A stretch of 64,000 nucleotides of DNA. Source: Laetmonice hystrix. Its lineage: Eukaryota. Shown here piece by piece: positions 13,156 to 25,600 of this stretch (its first letter is position 1; each line of letters opens with the position of its first letter). The position numbers were made by a program, and so were the translations under genes. The notes beneath the pieces were generated by a model that was not told the origin of the DNA, searched no databases, and was given only the letters and a program-made list of their open reading frames with translations. The DNA lies in NCBI GenBank assembly GCA_965235115.1, contig OZ249436.1:40240001-40304000 (forward strand), in the 5' to 3' direction.

Positions 13156-13664
13156 GTAAGGCGATAACGATTGCATAAGTCTACTTTTACATCAACATGC
13201 AAGCATATCCGGGAGGTTCTAATCTAAGTGACATGACCTTCTGATTGTTTCCAGACACATCAAACGCGGTAAACTATCGATTCGGGGTCACTTGTCAAGC
13301 CAAGGCCAAGCCCAGCAGAGCAGTGAGGGGAGTGGGGCAGTGAGTGAACCTGAATGAGCGCCGAGGTCGACGGCTCAGCCTCAGGACGAAGCCGAACAGG
13401 ATTTCAGGGCAGCGGTCCCGGATTCATGTACCAACCCATCGTTGACTTGTAGATATATATCCGATATGTATTGACGACTGGAGTAACAATAACGTCGTCG
13501 ACAACACGGACAGAAAGATCGGGAAGACCTAAGTAAACAGGAGGCCTACCGTTCACGCCAATCACGGCCTTGGCGGGGCATCCCCACTGGCACTGCATCA
13601 ACACTGGCTCTTTTCATGAACACGATTTCTCATCAGAATTATTGCCGCGTAATAAGGACTAGAC

Positions 13665-16600
13665 ATGTATCGTTTTAAGACAGTTGTAGATAAAGCCAGG
13701 CCACTGGCCTCGGTCACTTTTCGGACGTTGGCGCAAAAACAGTATAAATATCAAACTGCATTGACACCTTTGCTGTCCGTGTCTGTGAGACACGGCCCTG
13801 TGAGAAACTATGCTGCGCCTGTGGCCGCAGAGCCATTCCTTAATGGGAGCTCTTCAGTTTATGTGGAGGAGATGTACAATGCTTGGCTTGAGGACCCTAA
13901 AAGTGTACATAAGGTAAGTTACCCGAACTGTTCATGCCATCTATTAGACTGATGTCGGATAACCTTGAAAAATGTAATGTCAAGTTTGAGATCTTGAAGT
14001 TTTGGACTTTACAGGTTGAGTTTTAGGTTATGTTTTGTTTTTCAATAAAAAGGAGAGCTATCAGTTGCAGTTAATAGTAGCCTTCCACGATAGCTTCTTT
14101 ACTTTTTGTTGGATATAATGTGAAGGAGAGTACATGCTTCTAGCCCAGCTGTTTATCGCCAGCCCCAATGTGTGCCCCAGTTACCTCTTCTCTCAGCAAC
14201 AAGGGATCTTATTGGTTAAAGCCCTGGGATGTATGTCAAGGTCATCATGTCAAGTAATACCATACAGTGCAGTACAGTCTGGTTAATGGCAGTAACATAC
14301 AGCCAGTGCACACTACAAGGTGACCTGCCAATGGCATGCTAGGCACCTGCTGAAAATGTGCAAAACTGAACTTCATTATTTCTAAAAACTTTTAACTTCA
14401 AGTTCATAGGCTCAATACCCAGTTCCTGGAATTCCTAATTGTAAAACTTTTACTGGTGTCAGAGGTGTACATGTGTTGTTTACATAATGCTACATACATG
14501 TGCACATAATATTTAAACTAACGTGTTGTTTACATAATGTTGTTTAAATACATACATGTACATATATTTAAACTACTAGTTAAAAAAAAACATGTTTGAT
14601 ACTAAAAGCTTAATGATGAATCATTTTATGAATTTCCCAAAGTTATAGATTTTTTTCTCAAAATAAAATGGTTTGGAGAAAAATATGAGGCCAGTGCCTC
14701 GCCTTTCTTAAACTTCAAGCAGTTACCAAAAATAACAAGATCTGGGACACCTAGATTAGACTGTGCTAGTATTTAAGCCTGATTAACCTTGCGGCTGTGC
14801 ACAAATATTTTTAGCCAAGCCACTGGCAGGAAAGTGTATTAAACACTGACATTTTAGACAGGAAATAAACTGACATTTTTGATACTTTCAGCTATGCTTT
14901 CTTCTATTTAAATTTTTAATGTTCAGTAGTTGTAGAACTTGAGGCCTCCAGATTTAAAATGTTTAAATCCTGGCCGGTGCCCATATTTTGGACCAGTTAA
15001 TTTTCAGGCATGTATCCCACAGTGTGAGATCATAAAAAATTGTCAAATTTATGTATAAACTCAAAAGAACATGCCTTGGGCCTTACAATGCAACAAAATA
15101 CAGAGTGACATTTACATGATCTTTTAGTTTATAGTAAATATATAAAGTAAGAGATTTAAGGAATATGAGTTTTATAGTAAACACAAAGCTATACAACCTA
15201 CTGACATGAAATAAACTATTTCAGTCATGGGACGTTTTCTTCCGGAGTGCCAGTTCGGGTGCTGCCCCTGGAGAAGCGTACCAAGCTCCCCCCAGTCCCT
15301 CGTCCACCAGTCTGTCACATTACCCTGTGACACATCCCGTCTCGGAAGGTGCCACAGACACAAAGGTCATAGACGATCATCTCGCTGTACAAGCCATCAT
15401 CAGGTCCTACCAGGTAAGCCAGTCTTTCAAAACCAAACTATACCTGGAGAGTACATGTAACTGGTCCAAAAATAGATAATCATTAAAGGCTTGTAAAGTT
15501 ACTGTCCCAGTAAGGGGGAGGGTCACCTGGTATAAATTTTAATTTGCTTCCTTGAGTTGAGTATAAGAAAGATGCTACTAATGTGTTTCTAATGATGACA
15601 ACTTAATATTGTTATTGACCACATCCAATACCTTTTGTGTGATTTTGTTTAGATGGATGGGCATCAGGCATAACCCAGTTACTTTCAGAATATCCAGAAA
15701 GAGAAATGTTGTACCGGTACATGCATAGTCTACTGGCATTGATCCCCGCCCCCAAGATTACTGCATGGTGTACGGGTCCATTCGCATAGCATAAGGTATC
15801 AATGCCCATGGCCACTCGGCCACCGCCACTTCCATAAAAAGGATGGTGGTCGAGCAGGAAAATGGATCCTTCCCCCCCCCCCATACACACACACATCTTA
15901 GTTCACAGCACCTGCTGTAAAAGGGAAGCAGCAACTGTTGCATTGCCTTCTCAATCCAATGGCCTCTACTTTTTCTTCTCACCTGCTGTGGAATAGTCTG
16001 AGATATATGCCTCACACAGCTGGCTCATTGAGCTCAGTCATTTACAAAGGTAATCTTGCTATATAGTTAGATAATTGCACAGGTTTCATGCTATACAGGG
16101 TGTCCCCAAAAAATGCACCATATTTGTACACCTGTCACATTTGCGAGCTTCACATACCAGTAAGTTATAGGGAAACTTTTTTCAAAATTAATAGTATTTA
16201 ATTTATCCAGATTGGTCGATGCACTTGTGACTTGTGTTACTTTTTATTTATCAAAGTCATGACTTTGAATGGCACCAGCAAAGTCAGGTCAAATGTAATT
16301 TACTTGAAGTCCATTTTGAACAATCAGTTTCAAGTAAAATTAACTTCAAGTTAATTAAAATTGACTTGACTTTGCTTGTGAACTGGGCCCGGGACATGCT
16401 TCAGTAAGCTGACCTTAGAACTGTACACTAGTCTGACAGGTCGTCAACAGAAGTGACAGAATCTGTCTCTGAAACTGCAACCATTTTAACAATATGAAGT
16501 GTGCCAAGTTTGGTGACATTTTAAGAAGTGCCACCTAATTACTTTTGTCACCTTGACATAACTATGTGAAAGTAAATCGCATGCATCCATGTTAAATTAA

Positions 16601-19600
16601 GAAATTCAAAAATGTTCTGATGCAGAAAGAAAGCTGCAGTTTTAGTAAAGAAGGGAGAAAAAGTTGCAAAATGAGTTTAGCAGCACAGCATGCAAGTAAA
16701 ACCTTCAATAAAACTTTCTCCTGCTAATGTCTGGAGAGCTAGAACCAGACCCTAGAATCCTTGACAGTGTTTATGTAGACTGCTCCCGTAGTGGTAATGA
16801 ATGATTCTGTTTTGAGCAATTGATGTGTTTAACGTCACTGATAACAAATTTGGCTAGTTATGACAATTTCAACAAGACATTCTTTTCAAACATGCAAATG
16901 TCAAAATAGGTTGAAGTTGTCTGGATTTCAACTGATGAAGAGAAAATCAGGCAATGTCAAATATTTGCTTCTTTGTTTAGTAGCTAAATCATAGAAACAG
17001 AAATAAGGCTTGATCTGGCTCTCTTGCACAGTGCATCAAAGGAAAAAAATGGTAGGAGTGCTAAAGTTCACACTTCTAGTGTGAATAGCACTCCTTAAAA
17101 TCATACTCCTGAAATTAACAAGGAGCTCTATTAATCTGAAGAGGTGTAGGGTCATTTACAACATTGGTGACCTGAACAGCAAAGAATGTGTGTATTTTTG
17201 ACCAAATATAATCCCTGTAGCTTTCATATAATTCTTCTTTTCATTATATGCCTCTTCACATTCCATTTTCTAAAATCCAATATTGAAAATCCAAATACAT
17301 GATGTACAGGGCCCGAAATACTTTGAAAAATTTGATTAGCAATCATTGCAACTGATCATAAGTTGGCACATTAATATACGTTGATTCGCGAAAAATTGCG
17401 ACTCATATGTTAATTTGATTCGCAACAGGCTGATTTTCACTCCCAAATTGTGATGCGAACCCAGTTATTTTCGAGCCCTGATGTATGAGCACTGTCTACA
17501 GTCTGTAGGAAGGGTCAGTGATTGTCACGGTATGAGTGGCAGTCTTAGACTATATGCCCCAACAAGACTTTACACTTTATGGGCAACTTGCAACCCAAAA
17601 GGATTTCTCAAACAACACTACTCAAAACTGGTAAGTGCGTGTGGAAGCAGAAATGGGTAGAAATAAAAAAAAAACGGCTAACTCGGTGACCAGCACAACA
17701 GAGCTTTGCATCCAGGCTACTTCCAATTCTACAGAGCTCCCAATCTTTTAGGTAGAGTAGCAGGGTTACCAAGAATACCTAAACCAGTGTGCCCCAGGTA
17801 TTTGCAGAGTTAAGGTTTTCTAAAAAAATTCCAGTCCCTCTGTAAGTGTAACACTAACATGTCACTTGTCTGTAAATTACTAGTTAGTCGCCATAAATCA
17901 CTGAACAGACTATCACACATGTAGTGAACTCCTACTAGCGGATACTGATGCTGTGGTTACGTTGTGGCAGGTACGCGGTCACAACACTGCAGACCTGGAC
18001 CCTCTCGGTATAGCGGCCGCCGATCTTGACCAGACCACACCTCTTGATTTGATTATGGCGAGCTATCAGCTAGGTAGGTGCCATTGAAAATGATGTCGCT
18101 GCAACAGCCATCTTGACACGTTCACCTGCACTCCTATATTATATGTTGCACATTCATAGGTCACAGAAACAGATCATGATTTCAGACGTACCGGTGTCAC
18201 CGTCTCAGATCTCCGTGGTCTCAGATCTCTGGGAGGTTAGCTGCATAGCAGTGTGTACTGGTCGAACTATCTGAAATATCGGGTCTCAGTTGAGTCACAC
18301 ATAATAACTCTCATCTCCTCTGCGATATTTGGTTTACAATTTGCCTATCCAGACTGTCGTTTATTCTTATTTGGAAGAAAACTCCACCGCTCATCAGGTA
18401 TAAGACGACCGGAGGTGTGAGGCCAAACAGCGACTCGCGCATGCTCACTTAGTCAGATTCAGCATCTAAACAATAGGAAACCATGCACCCGGAGATCTGA
18501 GACCAACAGACATCTGAGTGCGCAACACCGGTACAAAGAAAGGCTTCCTTCTGTGCATTTTCCAAAACATGCTTCAAAGTTTCCTGAAATGTGTTGCATG
18601 CTTGCGGCTGAAGTATCCCCAGGAATGTCTTTGGTTGAATGCGTACATTTGTACATCCTCCTTCGTGTGTCTGTTTCTGTGGGCGATGGTTGACCCTTGT
18701 TTCCAGCTCCCAGCTTCTGGCCACAGGAGAGGTCCTGGCTCTTCAACAGATCAGTGACGGACGAAGGGCTTGGTGCATGGCATCATCCTGACAAGGATTA
18801 TAGAATGTTCAATGTTACTGTCTGCTTATAGGTGCGGGGACACTTTAAGGCCCGCGTAGACCCACTTGGCATCAACACTTCGACCAGTCTGGATGCTATC
18901 AGTGCCGATCACCTATCTCAAAATGTTACCTATCATCGTCGCTTAGCTCGGTTGGGTAAGAACTGGCGTCTAACCAGCGCCTCACACCACAGTTGCTATG
19001 TTGCGACCTAACCCTGCTTGGTTTGTTGATCCTGCTTGAAACGTTTTAGACACCTATAAGGGACTTTCAGCGGTTGAGTTTTGCTTGCTTTAACGGACTT
19101 ATGGTTTACTGTTCTTTGGATGCTGCTAGAGAAATATGCTGCTTGCTGTGTGATTGCATAGATCTAGTAAAAGGCTGGGCGTCTATTTTCAAATTTAAGG
19201 TTTTTTAAATATATGCATCAGGGTTAGAAATTAGGCCAAAAAATCTGGGAGCCAGCTGGGCTCACAAAAAGATCTGGGAGCCCGGCAAGAAATCTGAGGG
19301 CCCAGAATTTTACAAGTAGTGCTGGTAAGAAATTCTACAAAAGTAGTAGTCTCTAAATATATTTACCACGCTTGATACTGACTAGCTGTCAACCTATCTG
19401 ATGGCTTGAATATAATCAGGCATGAGAATGAGGAATTTGGAAAAAGTATGAAAAACCAGACTGTATTCAATTGTAGCAAAGATCTACTGGTACTTAGGAC
19501 GGTATGTACGGTGGAAACATAAGAAGAGCCACCTGGCTCATGTGTGGGAAAGTTTTGGGAGCCCTGCAAAAGATTTGGGAGCCCTGGCCTCCGGTAATTT

Positions 19601-22600
19601 TAATGCTGTGCATTATGATTGTTATAAGGGACGTACAAGCGTGATGCTAAAGTCTGAGACTAGTTAGAGCACTCTTTCAAATTCAATGGTTGTAACCTCA
19701 AGAGCAATACTTAGCAGCCCATCTGTTGATGATACTTTCTAATATTTTTGCAGCTGTTTGACTAATGCTGACGGCGCACTTTAAGTTTCATGTTTCTGAC
19801 TGGTATACACAAAATCCAGCATTTGGGGAATCGGTACATGAAATAACTTAGAGACCAAACCGGTGTGCCACGTTTCTGATGAACCATTTTCTATGAAATC
19901 ATAACTTAGCATTGGGTTATTTTCTACTTTCACTTATAGACATTAAAGCATGAAAAATGCGACACTCAGAAACATCCAACCAAGATAATTACAGACAGGA
20001 ATGTACAGGGTTACTGATTACTACCTTACGGATTGTGCAATTCTGACCAGATTACAGGTAGTATACCCCTCAGTAAGGTAACAAAGTGGATTACAAAGAG
20101 CTTACAGTTACAGGGGGTGGTAGGCTAAGTAAAGGCAGCTGATTATAATTTTGAAGTGCATTCAGTACTGATTGAGGGACATCAATAAACAGCGAACTGA
20201 GCAAACTGTACGAAATGAGGGAACTGAGATCGATTAGTTATGCCGGGGGGGGGGGGGGATTCCTGATAGGGACTGGCTATTGACACCAACACGGAAACAG
20301 CCGACCTAAATTAGTTTGACTAATTCCGACACGAAACAGTGTGTTCGGGTTAGGGCTTGTAGCACGACTAATCGATCTCAGTTCGCTGTTTATTGATGCC
20401 CCTCATTGAGTAGTGTCTTAAGATGTGAACTGGTTAGGGGTGTACATTGTATATGGTTTCATGGTTTACCTAGATTAACCAACCTGGATCCCAGGGTAAC
20501 GTTATCACAGCTCACAGTGTGCAGCAACTCGTCAACCAAAGATCGTGTGCTCGCAGCGCAGATGCAAACTGTGTTAGGGGATGTAACGGAATTACTGATC
20601 ACATCGCATTTTAGTTCACTTAATGAAGTTGCAACAAAAATCTCATGAAAACACAACGCAGGGTCAAACGCTCAGCCATACACGCCCATAACTCATACAG
20701 TCAATAACTAAGTGACTTGAATTATGGAGGCTGGTTTCCAAGCGGATTTTGTGTACATATCATGTCAAGTCTCCAGTGAAGGACTAACTCATCAGTATTT
20801 ATAAACAGTATAGTAGAATAGTTGCTATGGTCCTTGCCAAATGACTTTCCCCCCCCAATATTTACCCTTGTCTTTTGCAGTTTTCATCTATAATATCTGA
20901 TGCCCTTTTGTCATTATTGCAGAAATCGGTGTTGAAGGAGATACATGTAACAAAATGCATTTGATAAGCGTGAAAAGCAAACTATGGAGTACTCAATGAC
21001 AATGTTCCCCGTTATCAATTTTTTAAAGTCAGGATGAAGGTCCTTGACGGGTAAAGATTTTATGTGCAGCACTGCCCCATCTCATTCACAACTACTTGTT
21101 ACAATTTCAGTAAACCCCACGCCCCACTCCCACCCCCACAGGGTATCTGTAATCGGTGGCAATTACTTGTAGAGTTTACTGTACAATACATAATCCTAAT
21201 GTCATCTAAAACCCCACGCCCCACTCCCACCCCCACAGGGTATCTGTAATCGGTGGCAATTACTTGTAGAGTTTACTGTACAATACATAATCCTAATGTC
21301 ATCTAAAACCCCACGCCCCACTTCCACCCCCACAGGGTATCTGTAATCGGTGGCAATTACTTGTAGAGTTTACTGTACAATACATAAACCTAATGTCATC
21401 TAAAACCCCACGCCCCACTCCCACCCCTACAGGGTATCTGTACTTGGTGGCAATTACTTGTAGAGTTTACTGTACAATACATAATCCTAATGTCATCTAA
21501 AACCCCACGCCCCACTCCCACCCCTACAGGGTATCTGTAATCGGTGGCAATTACTTGTAGAGTTTACTGTACAATACATAATCCTAATGTCATCTAAAAC
21601 CCCACGCCCCACTTCCACCCCCACGGGGTATCTGTAATCGGTGGCAATTTCTTGTAGAGTTTATTGTACAATACATAAACCTAATGTCATCTAAAACCCC
21701 ACGCCCCACTCCCACCCCCACAGGGTATCTGTAATCGGTGGCAATTACTTGTAGAGTTTACTGTACAATACATAATCCTAATGTCATCTAAAACCCCACG
21801 CCCCACTCCCACCCCCACAGGGTATCTGTAATCAGTGGCAATTACTTGTAGAGTTTACTGTACAATACATAATCCTAATGTCATCTAAACCCCCCCCCCC
21901 CCCCGCCCCACTCCCACCCCCACAGGGTATCTGTAATCGGTGGCAATTACTTGTACATAGAGTTTACTGTACAATACATAATCCTAATGTCATCTAAAAC
22001 CCCCCGCCCCACTCCCACCCCCACAGGGTATCTGTAATCGGTGGCAATTACTTGTACATAGAGTTTACTGTACAATACATAATCCTAATGTCATCTAAAA
22101 CCCCACGCCCCATTCCCACCCTCAATTGCACTGTTGAAAATAAAGGGCAAAGAGCCTTGTAAATGTGGGAAATTTAGTGTCAAGCTTTTTTAAATGTTTA
22201 ATGTATCCGTCTCTGTTGCATGAATTTTCGTTCACTGAGACGTGTTACCGGTTGCACACAATTGGACAAATGGTCGTTGTTACACTGGGTCGGTATTGAT
22301 GTTTGGTGTAGTCATTGAAGCAAGAGGGGCTGAAATAAGTCTAATCCCATCTTACCTTATCATATTAAATTTTGTCAAAATTTCGATTCTCCACAATTTT
22401 TGAAATTATGGTACAATTGCAAATTTTGTCGAATTGATTCACACTGATGTTCTAGGCTCATCTTTTCTATTGAGGGATGATTAGAGCCGCCTCAATCATG
22501 TTTTGGATTAATGAATTAAAAGGCTTGATCACTGTCATTGAAGTGGCAAGCAGCCATGATTAAATTACGACTTCACAGTTCATCTAACCTTTTGGAGGAT

Positions 22601-25600
22601 TCCTGATTGTGTGGACGAAATGATGACAGGTGTGCCATAGTATAAGGGTCAAATTCTGTTCACATTGATCAAGGTTGGTGTTCTGAGGAACGGTATCCCC
22701 TAAACTCTAGACAAGACTTAGTCTGCCCTTAAGTTTTTGCATGGGATGTGGAGACTATTAAAGGCCCACTGTATACTTTAAACGCCGTGTTGGCCCGGGC
22801 CGTTGCGTAGGCCCACCCCTGCACAGAACATAGTTCCCCACATCAATTCCCAAAAAGTCGATTGTAGGCGGAGCTACAACTTGGCCACATAGTAAATAAT
22901 ATTACGTGCATTATTTGAAACAGCTAAATCATATTTTTACTGGGATATCAATAGGTATCAATAGGTTATAGGTGAGTGGAATAGGTTATGAACCGACTTG
23001 GGCCGGATATCCAGGGGTGACAGTCTCTCCGATAAGTATACAGTGGGCCTTTGAGCCTACTACATGTACCTGGTAGTATTTGTTGTTTTGATTTAAGTGT
23101 AGGTAGGGTAAAATTGGTGTTTTTATTGAATTTATGAAATGGGAAATTCATCTTGAGCAAAATACAAAAAAATCTAATGCAGATAATTTTTTAGACCCCA
23201 TTTTGAATATTATTATGAGAATCTCAGTAATCTTTATTTCAACTTGCTTTTTATTTTCTATCCACCTTTTCAGTAGTGAGATTGTATCAGTTATATTCTG
23301 AAGAGAATGCGAACTTGTCTGTCACTATTTAGAAGTGTTAAAAATAACACTCAGTGCCCTTCACATCACCTCTAGACCTGTGTAGCTGTATATATTAAGA
23401 ATAGCATGATGTTGTGTCAATGAACGAATCTGTTTTTTCATGTCAATTGCTTCTGCCAAAAGGACCAGCCAAATTAGGTAATGTTGTACCACTTTCACGT
23501 ACCTTGAGTTTGACAATATCTTATACGCAGACCTTCACTGTCGCTCGTTTTAGCAGAGGGCTAGAAATATATTTTGAATTTAAATTACCTACTGGTAGCC
23601 TTGGTTATCCACACAATAGGATAACCAGAAAACGTATGGTTTCTACTATTAAAAGGTGTAATATTAGCATCAGATAGTTGTCCAGCAGAAAAAAAGTACC
23701 CCCGCCCCCCCCCCCCCTTACATGATGATGTGTACATGTTGTATTGATGTTTCAGTATGTTGCTGAAGTTATTGCAACAAAAAGAAACAGAACAATTACC
23801 CCCCGGTAACTGCCTTTGTGGTTTAATAAAATGGTTGCCAGCCAGCTAGACTGTGCATTTGCTCCCATCCTCAAAAGTTCTGCATTGCAAAGCTCCGGAT
23901 CCACATTCATACTATTTGTCATTTTTACCCATAATTAAAGGCCAGCTTTTTTCAACGTTTTCCAACCCGAAAATCTATTTTACATTGTCCTGTGTCAAAT
24001 TATACCAGTAATCTCCAGTTGCAGGACTCTTTCAAGTAATATTTTAAAGATAGCATCACTTCTCTTGCTACACGTGTAGAGTAAGTGCCCCACGCTGTAG
24101 AAATACTCGTATCCCTCTCCTACAGACTTGGGGGCACCTGTTGAGAACAGCAGAGGTTGTCTGCCAGCCTCGAGTATAGCCAAGTGACACGACCGGCTGT
24201 CGGGGCCATGGGACTGACAAGGCTGTTGTCATGTCACACCCGGTATGGGGCAAATGTTAACAGGGCAGCTGTCGGCTTGAGGTCACCCACCCAGCCCCGC
24301 GGAGAGGGGATGCTTACGGCTGACAGGAGTTTAAACCTTCATTGAGGCACATTCAGCCTTGCTGCAGTCGAGTCCCATTTGTATTGTGGAAATGGGCTGA
24401 GAGTAGATGGTTAATTTTGCTTCGTTCACTTTCCATGGTGCTATAGCAGAAACAAAAATGTAAACACAAAAAAACAAAAACCAACAACGTTGTATGGCAT
24501 GGTACGCTAGCTATGAGTTCTGGGGAAAAATAGAGCACTCGCAAGTGTTTGTAGTTAGAAATATGATAGACAGTACCTTAATACCTAAGCAATCAAGATC
24601 CCATACCTTCTGTTAATTAAGTGCCCTGTCTATTATAAGTTTTAAGGATTTGAAACATTAGACTGTAATATGATTAAATTCAGTTGAAAGATACACTTGA
24701 AAAATGTGTGAAAGGAGGATGCCTTTTTTTCTTAGTAGAATTTACCGACTTTTATAAATGTACCCACTTCAATTGAATATATTTGCATCATTTCAATATG
24801 ACGGTCAGCTGTGAAGGGTGAAAGTTTGTTAGTGATAGATATATTTAGCTGGTATCCTACATCAACAGAATCAGTACGGTGTTAAGTATTTAGCCTAGTT
24901 TTTATCTGGTATATGTAATGTAGTTTACAGGTACAGTATTTTTATTACTGAATCACTTGCTTTCTCTTGGCGTGTTTTAATTGTATAAAATCACTTAACT
25001 TCTCCATTCAACAGTAGTAGCAGTATTAGTAGATATTATTATCTTGTTTTATTTATTTTATTTTATTTTTTTTGGGGGGGGGAGGGGGTGATGGCTTGTC
25101 AGAGGCAAGTATTTCATTGGAAATACGTTTGCATCTCTAAGTGAAGTACACGTACAACATGTACTAGCACTATCCATAATCCCTCACCTGCCCCTCCCAA
25201 ATTCTTTTGAAGGGTATGATATATTACCTTTGCCATGTCTCAGTCTCTTTGGCTCAAGAGTCCAAACCAGATTTGGAGAAGAGTACTGAATAAATGTTGT
25301 ATGGCTGGTAAATGAATACATATGATTTATGATGAAACATGTGACTACAAACGGTTTGCTGATTGATGTTATGAGGGATTTCCTTTTGTGTTTCTCCAGA
25401 GGAACAAGACCTGGACAGATACTTCCAGCTTCCTCCTACAACTTACATCGGGGGTGACCAAAACTCGCTCCCTCTTCGTCAGATCATCGAGAGACTTCAG
25501 GTAGCCTGGCCCTTAAAATAACACCAGTAAACGATGACAAAAAATGAAAGTACACTATGGTTTCAGTAAATTTGATGATTTTATATTTTATTCAATGGTA

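Noticed and set aside
21111..22122. CRISPR-like array
   Set aside because: Units are contiguous near-identical tandem repeats with no unique spacers, in a eukaryotic intron with no cas genes.
15414..25399. A third xRGH...DPLG alternative exon
   Set aside because: Scanned by eye and none was found; a tblastn of exons A and B against this interval would settle it.
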